DNA from: Octopus vulgaris
Lineage: Eukaryota
Direction: 5' to 3'
Assembly: GCA_951406725.2 (NCBI GenBank)
Contig: OX597816.1
Span: 160,828,001 to 160,892,000 of the forward strand
DNA length: 64,000 nucleotides
Every line of letters begins with the position of its first letter. Positions within the stretch are counted from its first letter, which is position 1. The notes under the pieces are model-generated. The model did not search any database. It saw only the letters and a list, made by a program, of their open reading frames with translations, and was not told the origin of the DNA. The position numbers and the translations under genes are program-made. Of the stretch, positions 26,931-39,088 are shown piece by piece.

Positions 26931-28732
26931 TTTTCATGGACCTTGGCTCACATGCATAATTAAGCACAGTAAAGTGCTACAAAATGGAAGTGTGGGATGA
27001 AGTGGTGAGAAGGGATCTTCAGATGTTGGGCCTCGCAAAGGGGATGACAAAAGGACCAGGATTTCTGGCGGTTCGCTGTGCTTAAGACATGCTAAGTAAA
27101 TAAAAATGTGCATGTCCTTGCATACAAGCATGTACTCTGCATCCCACTTCAGCTGAGCGTTCCTATTATTGCAGGCTCATCCATGGGTTGCTAGGGCCAT
27201 GTAAAAATGCTCATGCCAGTGCCACATGAGAGCACTCTGTATACTCTGCAAAGTGGTTGGAATCAGGAAGGGCATCCAGCCATAGAAACCACACTAAAAC
27301 AGATATGGAGCCCGGGCAGCACTTCAGCTAGTCAGCTCCTGCCAAACCCATGACAGCATGGAAAACAAATGTTAAATGATGATGATGATGATGATGACTT
27401 TCATCAATAATTATGCATAATATAAATTGCAACAGTATAATTTAATCATTGCCTAAATAATACATATATACTAAATATATCATTGTATCGACAAAATTAT
27501 CAGACGTTGTTATACCTCGCTGGTCACAATGCGATTCTTGGTGTGTTGTAGATTTCGAATGATACCACTTCACTGCGCAGGGAGGCAAGCTGATGCATTA
27601 CATATAAAATACCATGATCGATGCCAGGACTGCCTGCATGGCTCCCATGCTGGAGGCACATAAAAAGTAGCCACTACATTCTTGGAGTGGTTGGCGTTAG
27701 GGAGTGCATCAAGCTGTAGAAATATTGCCAGCTCAGAGCCTGGTGCAGCTGCTGGCAGTCCAGATCTCAGTCAAACCACCCAACCCATGCCAGCATGGAA
27801 AACAGACATTAAACGATTATGATGATGATGATGATGATGACGACAATATTACATACGTAACACATATATAATGCAAAAGCAGTCATCATCGTTCACCGTT
27901 TAGCGTCCGCTTTCCATGCTGGCATGGGTTGGACGGTGCAACTGGGGTCTGGGAAGCCAGAAGGCTGCACCAGGCCCAGTCTGATCTGTCTGATCTACAG
28001 CTGGATGCCCTTCCTAACGCCAACCACTCCATGAGTGTAGTGGGTGCTTTTTACGTGCCACCGGCACAGGTGCCAGACGAGGCTGACAAACAGCCACGAG
28101 CAGATGGTGCTTTTTACGTGCCACTGGCACGGAGGCCAGGCGAGGCTGGCAACGGCCACGATCGGATGGTGCTTTTTACGTGCCACCGGCACGGAAGCCA
28201 GTCGGGGCGGCGCTGGCAACGGCCACGTTCGGATGGTTAAGACAGAAATAGAATTTCAAAGTTATTCTTTTTGTGCTGCCTGGTGGTTGGATGCCCCTGC
28301 TTTGCAACAGGTGTTCAAATCCTGACCAGATTGATATTTGCCTTTCATCTCACCTGGAGTTGATAAAAAGCATCGCTCAGGAGTAGTGGGATGAATACGA
28401 CCAACTATTTCCTTCGCACAAAAAGTGTGCCACTGCTGGAGATCAATATCAAATGTAGGGACTCTAACAACACAGTTAAACGAGCTGTTTGTTCTAAGAA
28501 CAAAGGCGAAACATCGATAATCACAACTAAAACAGATGTCATTGAATTAGAGACGGAGCTAGAGACCACTAAGAAGTTACCTCCCTTTTATTTATTCATT
28601 TTTCTTCGTTTTGTAATTTTCTTAATTATTCTTTTACTTGTTTCAGTCATTGGATCACGGTATCACCTTATTGGTTTGCACAAACAAATTCATCCCCAGA
28701 ACTTATTTATATTTGATAGTTATTCTATCGGT

Positions 28733-29153
28733 GGATCTTTTCGGTTTGAACGACAGTTTTTTCTAGCGGTGTCATATGAAATTGTCACCCATAATTATGA
28801 CCCTAGTATCGATCTATTGCATTTCAATCTGTTTTAGGGTTAGGGTTAGGGATGGGTGGAAGGGTATCTTTTTTCTTCACAAATGTAAATAAACCCAATC
28901 TGTTTCTTAAACGAGGGACATATTCATACGGCACAGAATGTTTTTTTTTTACCTCAACAGACGTCATTGATTGGTTGAAATTGCAGAAATTGAAAACAAA
29001 AAACAACAAATATCTTACAAACTATAGAATTTTCTCAATAAAGCCAAGAGAAAATGATGTTTTATAAACACATTCTACCAGTATACGAAGTTTAAAAGTG
29101 TTTAGTTACGTGGAAATTATTTTTAAAAACTGCCGGTCAAACCGAAAAGATCC
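28733..29153 (+). mobile_element. MITE with GGATC TIRs and internal (TTAGGG)3
   Basis: GGATCTTTTCGGTTTGA / TCAAACCGAAAAGATCC TIRs; flanked by a 68-69 bp direct duplication. Confidence 0.8.
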
Positions 29154-30069
29154 CCACCTTATTGGTTTGTACAAAGAAATCATCCCCAGAACTTATTTAT
29201 ATTTGATAGTTATTTTATCGGTCTTTTTTGTCGAACGGCTAGAATATAGTGACGGGCCGAATGGTTAAGAGGTTAATTTTGTTACTTTGAATTCTTGGAT
29301 TTTGATCCAAATGCGCGACACCTTCGGTAAATGTCTTCTACTATAGCCTCGGGCCAACCAAAGCCTTGTGAGTGGATTTGGTAAACAGAAACTGAAAGAT
29401 GATCATCGTAAAGAATCTATTCGCTTCCTTTTCAGTCTTCACAAGACCTCCACCTCCAACGAAGAAGTTCTGAGTTAATCCTTTTTGCTACCATATTTCT
29501 GCTGAAATACATTCTTTGTTTCAATAAATTGTAAGAATTTAATAAAATAACTTTGTTATTATTAAGTAGGTGTTTGGAATGTGAATAAACACAAAATTTT
29601 GATACAATGCTTTAATTTTGATCACTTTAAAACAGACTGCCTTGTATCTTAGCAGCAGAGATGGTCTCGGTGAGTTGAACATTGAAGTTTCGGAATCAGA
29701 GGTTCAGAGACTGTTGATACAAGGGAAACAACTCTGATTCAACACCTTTTTGATTACTCACACACGCATTCTCTGTCTGTCTCACTCTGTCTGTCTCTCT
29801 CTTTCTTTCTCTCTCTCTCCGTCTAATTATAGCAACCACATATAAACTATATATATAGTGTATGTAATACTGTTGCTGAGAAAATTTAACACCACGCAAT
29901 CAATGATATAACACTATTCACACAATCGATTATAGATGACATCGAACCGATGGAATTTGGTTTCATCCTCATTCTCGCTAGTTTAACACTTTATGGCAGA
30001 TCAGGAAAATGACTACACACACACACAATTCTAGGACAAGAACGAGGTTGATAGTGACTTCGAGGTTTC

Positions 30070-30418
30070 GGATCTTTTCGATTTGAACGGTAGTTTTTTA
30101 AAATAATTTCTAGGTAACTAAACACTTAACTTCGTATACTGGTAGAATGTGTTTATAAAACATCTTTTTCTCTTGGTTTTATTGAAAAACTTCTATGGTT
30201 TGTAAGATATTTGGGGGTTTTTTCTTCAATTTCTGCAATTTCAACCAATCATTGACGTCTATTGGGGTGAAAACATTCTGTGCCGTATGAATATGTCCCT
30301 CGTTTAAGAAACAGATTGGGTTTATTTACATTTGTGAAGAAAAAAAGATATCCTTCCCCTTAACCCTAACCCTAAAACAGATTGAAATGCAATAGATCGA
30401 TACTAGGGTCATAATTAT
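30070..30418 (-). mobile_element. Inverted, truncated copy of the 28733-29153 MITE
   Basis: Reverse complement of ~28790-29153, including (CCCTAA)n. Confidence 0.8.
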
Positions 30419-31512
30419 TTCTAGCTAGTTCTTTTTATTGCTCCCAACATTATATATGTTCACATTTAATCTATCGATTGAGAGGGCAAATTCATCGAGT
30501 AAGGAACAGACACACACACACTCACAGATATATATATATATATATACTGTTGATCAAAGGGAGATAATTCGAAATGTAAACTAAAATTCGAAAAACTTTT
30601 CAAGAATTTTTTGTTTAATAAATATCTATGTTTATTATTATAACTATGTTAGCCGTTGTCTTTACGCAAAACATTGGTAAAATTATTTTCAGACATTAAG
30701 TATGTTTTTTACTCATTATCTTCTGTAGTACATAGGTAAATAGGAGTTTACCAAAATTCTTGTGGCGGTTGGGACTAAAAGTAAAAAACAAATTAGAAAC
30801 ACTCTTAACTATGTAAATGATAAAACTTTAGAGAAGCGTCGTAGTCGTCAGAACTGCTAGACAGAACAGCCAAATCTCCTTCAGACCACACTCTACCGTT
30901 TTATGATAGGAAACATTGGATAACGTAGTCCGAGGTTCACTATTCCAGAAAGAAAATGTCATAACAGGAATACAATCTTTAATCATAGGTTTGAAACAGC
31001 AGTTAAGAACATTAACGGATATTACCAGGTTCAAATGGAGCAATGTTTTCGACGTAGAACTGTATTCTAGATGGGATACAAATTGCGCGGTAAATTTTTA
31101 CCCTTGCACCTGTCTCCAAACTCTGATCGGCGGACCTTTGGAATATCACTACCCCATGGAGAAAAACTTTCGGAATATCACTACCTCATAGAGAGAGAAA
31201 CGGACAAGGAATTGAATGGTTGCTTTCTTTTGTGAAATAACCTTTTGTCTCCAAAATTTCAGTTTTCTTACATTTTTGCACCCATCTCCCCAATTCCATG
31301 TCTTTTCCATCTTAGGAAACGAGCATAATATTCTTTTATTCGTTTCAGTCATTTTGACTGCGGCCATGCTGGAGCACCGCCTTCAGTAGAGCAAATCGAC
31401 CCCAGGATTTATTTTTTGCAAGCCTAGTACTTATTCTATCGGTTCCATATGCCGAACCGCTACGTTACGGGGACGTAAACACACCGGCTTCGATGTCAAG
31501 CGATGTTGGACG

Positions 31513-31544
<32 letters not shown>

Positions 31545-32219
31545 CGACGGGCTTCTTTCAGTTTCCGTCTACCAAATCCATTCACAAGGTTTTGGTCGGC
31601 CTGAGGCAATAGTAGAAGACACTTGCCCAAGGTGTCACGCAATGGGACTGAACCTGGAACCATGTGGTTGGTTAGCAAGCTACTTACCACACAGCCACTC
31701 CAAACTTGCCAGAATTCTCATATCTTTCAAATCTTCGGTCGTATTATAACCATTCTCATACTCCAAATGGAATTACAGTAGTGAAGAACATCACAGGTCG
31801 AGCTGTTCTCCCGGGACTTATTTACATTTGTACATCAACGTTAACATAATAGGTTGTATCAGGATGTATTCAGATCTAAACAATAACAACTACAACAACG
31901 ACGGCAGGTCCCTTAGTGCTATCAGCAGACTTCTTTCTCTGTCAAACATTCAAATTAGACATTCGGGTTTTTATCCCATACATATTTTAACTTCGATTGT
32001 ACGGACTGGTTATCGGTTGTGTCAATCTTAGCAATTCGGGAGGCCCTGTAAGGACAATGGGTACTGCATCTCCTGTTTTAACTCCTCTTTCCTTTCTCCG
32101 TCTCTCACACACGTATTCATTCGATCTTTTCTTTCTTCTTTTTTTTTACATATAAATAATCAACAAAATTTCTTAATTTTACCTGACAGTATGTAAATAA
32201 ACACTAGAGCCTGTCTTAC

Positions 32220-32300
32220 CCGTGATGTCTTTTTGTCTGTGTGACGACTAACTAGTACAGCACTATCGTATTTCACTAAAGATGCATTTGGTGGAATCAT
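32220..32300 (-). CDS. DNALI1: Axonemal dynein light intermediate chain (p28), coding exon 1
   Basis: ATG at 32300 gives MIPPNASLVKYDSAVLVSRHTDKKTSR, matching the DNALI1 N-terminus (MIPPxxSLxKYDxxVLVSR). 81 nt, GTAAGA donor, phase 0. Confidence 0.93.
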
Positions 32301-32333
32301 GGTGTTTTGTTTTTACTTGAGGCAGTGCTTAGT

Positions 32334-32340
32334 TGTTTAT
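32334..32340. promoter_or_regulatory. Forkhead (FOXJ1-type) site adjacent to X-box
   Basis: TGTTTAT (RTAAAYA on - strand) 3 bp from the X-box. Further GTAAATA/ATAAACA sites at ~32193-32203 at the start of intron 1. Confidence 0.5.
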
Positions 32341-32343
32341 TAT

Positions 32344-32357
32344 GTTACCATAGTAAC
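32344..32357. promoter_or_regulatory. RFX X-box
   Basis: GTTACCATAGTAAC fits GTTNCCATRGNAAC and lies 44 bp upstream of the ATG of a motile-cilia gene. Confidence 0.8.
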
Positions 32358-32549
32358 TGAGCTAATTTTTGCGTAAGATCAAAAGTGAAAAAAAAATATT
32401 TTAAACTATCAATTTAATATAAATACTTTTAATTTATTCTATCAAAATTACTTTGGCATAACGTTTTTGTATCCAAATTCATATTTATCTTTGTACAATC
32501 AACAAGGTTTTTACACGCTAAAAGTAATTGTATTTTCTGCGGGCCTATT

Positions 32550-32613
32550 AACATGGCGTAGCATTCCCTCGTGGTGTGAATAGACTTATGTTTGTATTTA
32601 TAGAATGAAACTG
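32550..32613 (+). promoter_or_regulatory. Putative ELP1 TSS region / non-coding first exon
   Basis: YY1-type AACATGGCG at 32550-32558 and CTG|GTAATT donor at 32613. The first ELP1 coding exon has a strong acceptor 4 nt before its ATG, which implies an upstream non-coding exon. Confidence 0.45.
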
Positions 32614-33827
32614 GTAATTTATTTATAATTATTTACAGTTGCTTTAATTTTCATCTCAGAGAAACATTCACGTGGTTTTATTTTAGTTGATATTTTTCTT
32701 CCTTATTTACAAATATATCTGTCACTAAATTTATTGTCAAGCTGGACTGAGAATTGCGTAATTGTGTTTTCATAGATTTTTTTTTTTTTCAACTCTACTT
32801 CATGTAATTCAAATTTATCTTGATAATATGAGGTTTATTCACTTTTAAATCAAACTCGTTTCTCCATGTCTATATATATATATATATATATATCTTTAAA
32901 ATATATTTAAGCTAAACATAACGTTAAAATAAGTATACAGCGTGCGAATTAGCGTTGTCACGCAATCAGAGATTAACCAAAGAGATAATTATTCAATTAA
33001 ACAGGATCAGTCTGGTTATAACTAATCGATTAATTCTTCCACACACTTGATAGAAATGAATTCATTTTATGTCATTGTGGTTATTTTTTTTCTGTCTTAA
33101 ATTAAGAAGCGGAATTCAAAGAAAACGCAACTCTTGTAACAAGTGCCCCTTTTTCCTTAATTCTAATGTTTTGTTATTTTTTAGAGTCTCACTTTATTTA
33201 TTTTAAACTTTTTTTAAATTAAATCTAAAGGTGATCAGTTCTTTTGTTTAAAAAATAATATAGATTGTTAAGTGAAACATTTTTATATTTCCGATATTTT
33301 TGTGACAATTGTTAACATATTTCCAGAGAATATATCTTTTAAGTCAGTGTATCATAGCCGTTTATTCTTGCTGCATTTTCACACTTTATCACTTCAACAC
33401 CCCGATTACCTACCTCAATCGCACACATATTGAAAAGAGAAAAAAAAATATTTAGCATACACGGAATCAGTGTGACGGAAAATACAACTAAGCGGGGAAA
33501 AAACTTGCGAAAAATTACAAAAGCATTTTCCAACCTAAGAACAATTTCATAACTAGAATCTCCAGATTCCTGGCTGGAATCCTGAAATTTTATCTTGAAG
33601 ATACTTTCACTGAGGTTTTAGATCATACAACTGTAAAGTAAATATCTTTCTATATTTTCAACATACGTTTAAAACATAATTGAAAGAATTTCTCAACGAT
33701 TTTGAAATCTGAGAATAAAACCATTTTCATATGGCTTAGTTACACCAACACAAATTGGTCAATGTTTTGGATGCTTGACATCCCTTTGAAGCATTTTAAC
33801 CCTCACCTCTTTTATATATATATATAA

Positions 33828-34212
33828 TGTGTGTGGTAAGTAGCTTGCTCACCAACCACATGGTTCCGGGTTCAATCCCACTGCGTGGCACCTTGGGCAA
33901 GTTTCTTCTACTATAGCCTCGGGCCGACCAAAGCCTTGTGAGTGGATTTGGTAGACGGAAACTGAAAGAAGTACGTCGTATATATATATATGCATGTATG
34001 TGTATATGTTTGTGTGTCTGTGTTTGTCTCCCCAACATCGCTTGACAACAGATGCTGGTGTGTTTACGTCCCCGTAACATAACGGTTCGGCAAAAAGAGA
34101 CCGATAGAATAAGTACTAAGCTTCCAAAGAATAAGTCCTGGGGTCGATATGCTCGACTAAAGGCAGTGCTCCAGCATGGCCACAGTCAAATGACTGAAAC
34201 AAGTAAAAGAGA
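33828..34212 (+). mobile_element. tRNA-derived SINE, family A (representative copy)
   Basis: A box TGTGTGGTAAG, B box GGTTCAATCCC, GGCACCTTGGGCAAG core, internal TA/TG tract. Copies at ~2060-2475(-), 12037-12445, 15888-16558, 17500-17800, 31330-31700(-), 37240-37630, 46060-46495(-) and 56188-56590. Confidence 0.85.
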
Positions 34213-34226
34213 ATATATATATATAT

Positions 34227-35868
34227 ATCATCATCATCATCATCATCATCATTTAACGTCCGCTTTCCATGCTAGCATGGGTTGGACGGTTCAACTGGGG
34301 TCTGGGAGCCCGAAAGCTGCACCAGTCCAGTCAGATCTGGCAGTGTTTCTACAGCTGGATGCCCTTCCTAACGCCAACCACTCCGAGAGTGTAGTGGGTG
34401 ATTTTATGTGCCACCGACACAGGTGCCAGACGAGGCTGGCAAACGGCCACGCTCAGATGGTGTTTTTTATGTGCCACCGACACAGGTGCCAGACGAGGCT
34501 GGCAGACGGCCACGCTCGGATGGTGTTTTTATGTGCCACCGACACAGGTGCCAGATGAGGCTGGCAAACGGCCACGATCGGATGGTGCTTGTTACGTGCC
34601 CACAGCACGGAGGCCAGTCGATGCGGTACTGGCTACGGCCACGTTCGGATGGTTTTCTTGTGTGCCACGTGCCACCGGCACTGGTACCACAAAGATACAA
34701 ATTCCATTGATGTTCATCTATTTTGATTTGTTTTGATTTTCACTTGCCTCAACAGGTCTTCACAAGTGTCACAAGAAGGAAGGTATGCACAGGTGGACTG
34801 ACTACGTCCCAGGTAGGGGCCATGGGTTATGGCCTGACTAGTCTTGCCGGGTCTTCGGATGGTGTTTTTATGTGCCACCGACACAGGTGCTAGATGAGGC
34901 TGGCGAACGGCCACGATCGGATGGTGTTTGTCATGTGCCCACCGCACTGACTACAGCACTGATGGATTTCTTGTGTGCCACAGGCACTGGTACCACAAGA
35001 TACAAATTCCATTGATGTTCATCTATTTTGTCTATTTTGATTTGATTTGATTTGATTTTCACTTGCCTCAACCGGTCTTCACAAGTGTCACAAGAAGGAA
35101 GGTATGCACAGGTGGACTGACTAGTCTTGCCGGGTCTTCGGAAGGTGTTTTTATGTGCCACCGACACAGGTGCCAGATGAGGCTGGCGAACGGCCATGAT
35201 CGGATGGTGTTTGTTACGTGCCCACAGCACGGAGGCCGGTCGATGCGGAACTGGCTACGGCCACGTTCGGATGGTTCTCTTGTGTGCCACCGGCACTGGT
35301 ACCACAAAGATACAGATTCCATTGATGTTCATCTATTTTGATTTGTTTTGATTTTGATTTTCACTTGCCTCAACAGGTCTTCACAAGTGTCACAAGAAGG
35401 AAGGAATGCACAGGTGGACTGACTACGTCCCAGGTAGGGGCCATGGGTTATGGCCTGACTAGTCTTGCCGGGTCTTCGGATGGTGTTTTTATGTGCCACC
35501 GACACAGGTGCTAGATGAGGCTGGCGAACGGCCACGATCGGATGGTGTTTGTCATGTGCCCACAGCACGGAGGCCAGTCGATGCGGTACTGGCTACGGCC
35601 ACTTTCGGATGGTTTTCTCATGTGTGCCACCGGCACTGGTACCACAAAGATACAAATTCCATTGATGTTCATCTATTTTGATTTGTTTTGATTTGATTTT
35701 GATTTTGATTTTCACTTGCCTCAACAGGCCTTCACAAGTATCACAAGGAGGAAGGTATGCACAGGTGGACTGACTACGTCCCAGGTAGGGGCCATGGTTT
35801 ATGGCCTGACTAGTCTTGCCGGGTCTTCGGATGGTGTTTTTATGTGCCACCGACACAGGTGCTAGATG
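34227..35868 (-). repeat. Tandem array of four ~285-350 bp units built from the RTE 3' UTR repeat
   Basis: Units begin at ~34520, 34860, 35145 and 35480. Each has the 60-bp TGCCACCGACACAGGTGC subrepeat, a variable (GATTT)n and CACTTGCCTCAACAGGTCTTCACAAGTG. Confidence 0.85.
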
Positions 35869-35924
35869 GAGAGAGAGAGAGATAGACAGATAGATAGATA
35901 TATTCATTCATACATACATAGAGA

Positions 35925-37210
35925 TATGGGAGCTTCTCTTTGCTAATGACCTTGTTCTTATAGCTGAATCACTACCAGAACTAGAGAAGTTTCAGGTATG
36001 GAAGCAAGGTCTAGAATTGAAGGGCCTTAGAGTTAACATAGCAAAAACCAGTCTTAATAAGTTGGAAGGCAGATAAATCACAAATCCTTTCAGGTAGATG
36101 GCCCGTCTTGATCTGTAGAAAAGGCGTAGGTAGAAACTCCATAAGATTCACCTGGTGTAAGCTTTGGACACATAAAAAGTGCAGCAGGAAGGTTAACAGG
36201 GAAAATAGCTTTTGTGTGTGGAAGATGCACAGGTACGATAAACACGGAAAATAGACTCCTTCAACTGTCAGTAGGGTAAGTTAGAGGTATTAGATAGCTT
36301 CCGTTATCTAGGTGGCCAAGTTATTAGCAGAGGTGGATGCTCTGAGAGTGTAGCTGTGAGAATACGATTAGGCTGGGCAAAGTTCAGAGAGCTCCTACCT
36401 CTTCTGGCAACAAAGGGCCTCTCTCAGAGTGAAAGACATTGTATAATGCTTGTGTGTGAACTGCTATGCTACATAGTAGTGAAACATGGGCTGTGACAGT
36501 GAAGGATGTGTAGGCTTGAAAGAAATGAAGCCAGTATGCTTCACTGGATGTGCATGTTCAACAGAGCGTAAGCATCTTGAGAGAAAAGTTGGGCATAAGA
36601 GGCATCAGAGTGATGTGCAAGAGAGACGATTGCACTGGTATAGTTATGTGATGCAGATGAACAAGCACAGCTGTATCAAGAAGTGCCAATCTCTAACTGT
36701 GGAGGGAACCTGTGGTAGCGGTAGACCCAGGAAGATATGGAACGAGGTGGTGAAGCATGATATGTGAACTTTTAGCCTGACAAAGGCAATGACTAGTGAC
36801 AGCTCTTCGATGATATACTGTGTTTGAGAAGGCCTGTCAAGCCAGGTGAAATCGTAGCTGTGACTGAGGCTGGTGTCACGTAACTGGCACGCAAAAAGCA
36901 CCTTTCAATTGTTGGGTCTCATGGAGGCACAGTGGCTGAGTTCCTTTTTTCAAGTGTTGGCATTATGTCACGCTTGAGAAGACCCATCTTGCCAAGTAAA
37001 ATCACAATCATGGCAGATAACTGTGTCATGCAAATGGCACATAAAAGCACCCACTAGACTCTGAGTGGTTGGCATCAGGAAGGGCATCCAGCCATAGAAA
37101 ACATGCCAGATCAAACTGGAGTCAGGTGCAGCCTTCCAGCTTGCCAGCCCTGATCAAATTGTCCAACCCATGCCAGCATTGACTACGGACATTAAAAGAT
37201 GAGGATGATA
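35925..37210 (+). mobile_element. 5'-truncated, decayed RTE-type LINE with 3' UTR and (GAT)n tail
   Basis: LFANDLVLIAESL (YADD-like RT motif), a Cys-rich insert (C..CRKGVGRNSI..C..C), then QERRLHWYSYV...GRPRKIWNEVVKHDM, running into the dispersed 3' repeat. Confidence 0.85.
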
Positions 37211-37710
37211 TATATTGTTGCAAAATTCTTTTTTTGTTTGCTGTGTGGTTAGAAGTTTGTTTCCCAACCACATGGTTTTAGGCTCAGTCCCACTGCGAGG
37301 CACTTTAGGCGAATGTCTTCTACCTTAGACTCATGCAGACCAAAGCTTTGTGAGTGGATTTGGTAGACAGAAACTGGAAAATGCCTATCGTATATATATT
37401 ATACACATATTGATGTATGTATATCTTTGTGTCGGTGTTTGTCCCCCACAACCAGTTGTCAAGTGGTGTTGATGTGTTTTCATTCCCATAAGTTAGTGGT
37501 TCAGCAAAAGAGACTAATAGAATAAGTATTACACTTTAAAAAAAAATTTCTGGGAGTCAATTCATTTGACTAAAATTCTTCACAGTGATGCCCTAGCATG
37601 GCCAGAGTCTAATGACCGAAACGAGGAAAAGAAAAGATAACAAATAACAAAATACCCTTTTTAGTTATTTAACATTTATTTCTTTGTTTTCTTTTTTATT
37701 TTGTAGTAAC

Positions 37711-37866
37711 ATGAAGAACCTTAAATTATTACACTGTTCCCAGACTGAGGAACTGAAGTCATTCTTAAAGGACACAATTTGTATTACAACTGACTGTGAC
37801 ACAGGACATGTTTTCTGTGCAACAAAGCATGGGGATCTTGTACAAATAGATTCCAATCAGAACAAG
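37711..37866 (+). CDS. ELP1: Elongator complex protein 1, coding exon 1
   Basis: ttttgtag|TAAC ATG; MKNLKLLHCSQTEELKSFLKDTICITTDCDTGHVFCATKHGDLVQIDSNQNK (ELP1 starts MRNLKL); GTAACT donor; 156 nt. Confidence 0.9.
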
Positions 37867-38941
37867 GTAACTTTTATTTCTCAATTTTGATTTTGTGTAT
37901 GTGTGTGTGTGTCAGAAAGAAATTTTCTTTTATTGCCAAACCTTTATTGAAACACTCAAATAAATACAGCTGTATGTCCTCACAAATGAAACATCCCCAG
38001 TACTAAACAGGAGATATACGTAGAAGGTAGTGATACCCCAATACCCACTGTTTAGCCCTTTCATTACTGTATTTATTTTGAGATGCTGTGTGTTTCTTTC
38101 AGTTACTTTAAATACAACAAAGAATTTAGTCAAATAACTTAGTTATCATTCAGCTAGTGTTAGGAATATAAATTGTGACTAAGATAGGTGGAAGATTTTA
38201 ATTCAGAACTTATGAAAACAAGACATTTGTACTCAGAGCCAGAAGCAGTTTCAGCCAGGCTCGTATCAAAAGGGTTAAGAATTGTTTCTCTATTATATAT
38301 TTTGCTAGTACCACCTGACTGGCCCTCGTGCCAGTGGCATGTAAAAGCACCCACTACACTCTCAGCGTTGTTGGCATTAGGAAGGACATCCAGCTGTAGA
38401 AATTCTGCCAGATCAGATTTGAACCTGGTGCAGCCATCTGATTCGCCAGTCCTCAGTCAAATCGTCCAACCCATGCTAGCATGGAAAGTGGACGTTAAAC
38501 GATGATGATTCTGATTCTGATTTGATTTTGATTTTACTTGACTCATTAGGTCTCCGATGTTATATTGGTGCCATGTGAAAAGCACTCTTACACTAGTGCT
38601 GTACCCATGCTGGCACCACATAAAAAGTACCTGGTAAACTACATAAAAGTGGTTGGCATTAGGAAAGGCATCCAGTTATAGAAACCATGCCAAGACAGTT
38701 GGAGCCCGGACAGCTGTCAAACCATCCAGCATGCAAAATGGATGTTAAATGATGATGATATACATACATATGAATGTACACACATACACACAGATGGAAA
38801 AACACATATGTCAGGGTGTAGTGGTTTTGGAGTGAAAAGGGCCAAATCAAAGAAGGTGAGATGGAATAGGAAAAGAGAGGAGGATAAATAAGAGTCTTTT
38901 TTTTTTAATTATGAATTATTCTTGTTCCTGTTCTATTTCAG

Positions 38942-39088
38942 TTCCTTAATGCTGTGAACCTGGTTTGTGAAGGCCACCTGTCTAATGAACAAAGTGTTAC
39001 CTATTTACAACACCTGCCAGAACAGCAAAGTGTGAGTGCTGTCACAAACAGTGGAAGTATTCTTTTATGGTTTTACCTGGAACAACTT
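38942..39088 (+). CDS. ELP1: ELP1 coding exon 2
   Basis: tttcag acceptor; FLNAVNLVCEGHLSNEQSVTYLQHLPEQQSVSAVTNSGSILLWFYLEQL; GTAAGT donor; 147 nt. Confidence 0.9.

Noticed and set aside
28391-28837. 148-aa ORF
   Set aside because: It runs across SINE and MITE sequence with no recognisable domain.
28834-28851. Telomeric TTAGGG repeats as a chromosome end or fusion scar
   Set aside because: Only three units, internal to a MITE present in two copies.
34398-35868. CRISPR-like regularly spaced repeats (TGTGCCACCGACACAGGTGC)
   Set aside because: The intervening sequences are themselves repeated, the context is an intron of a eukaryotic gene, and there are no cas genes; this is a LINE-UTR subrepeat.
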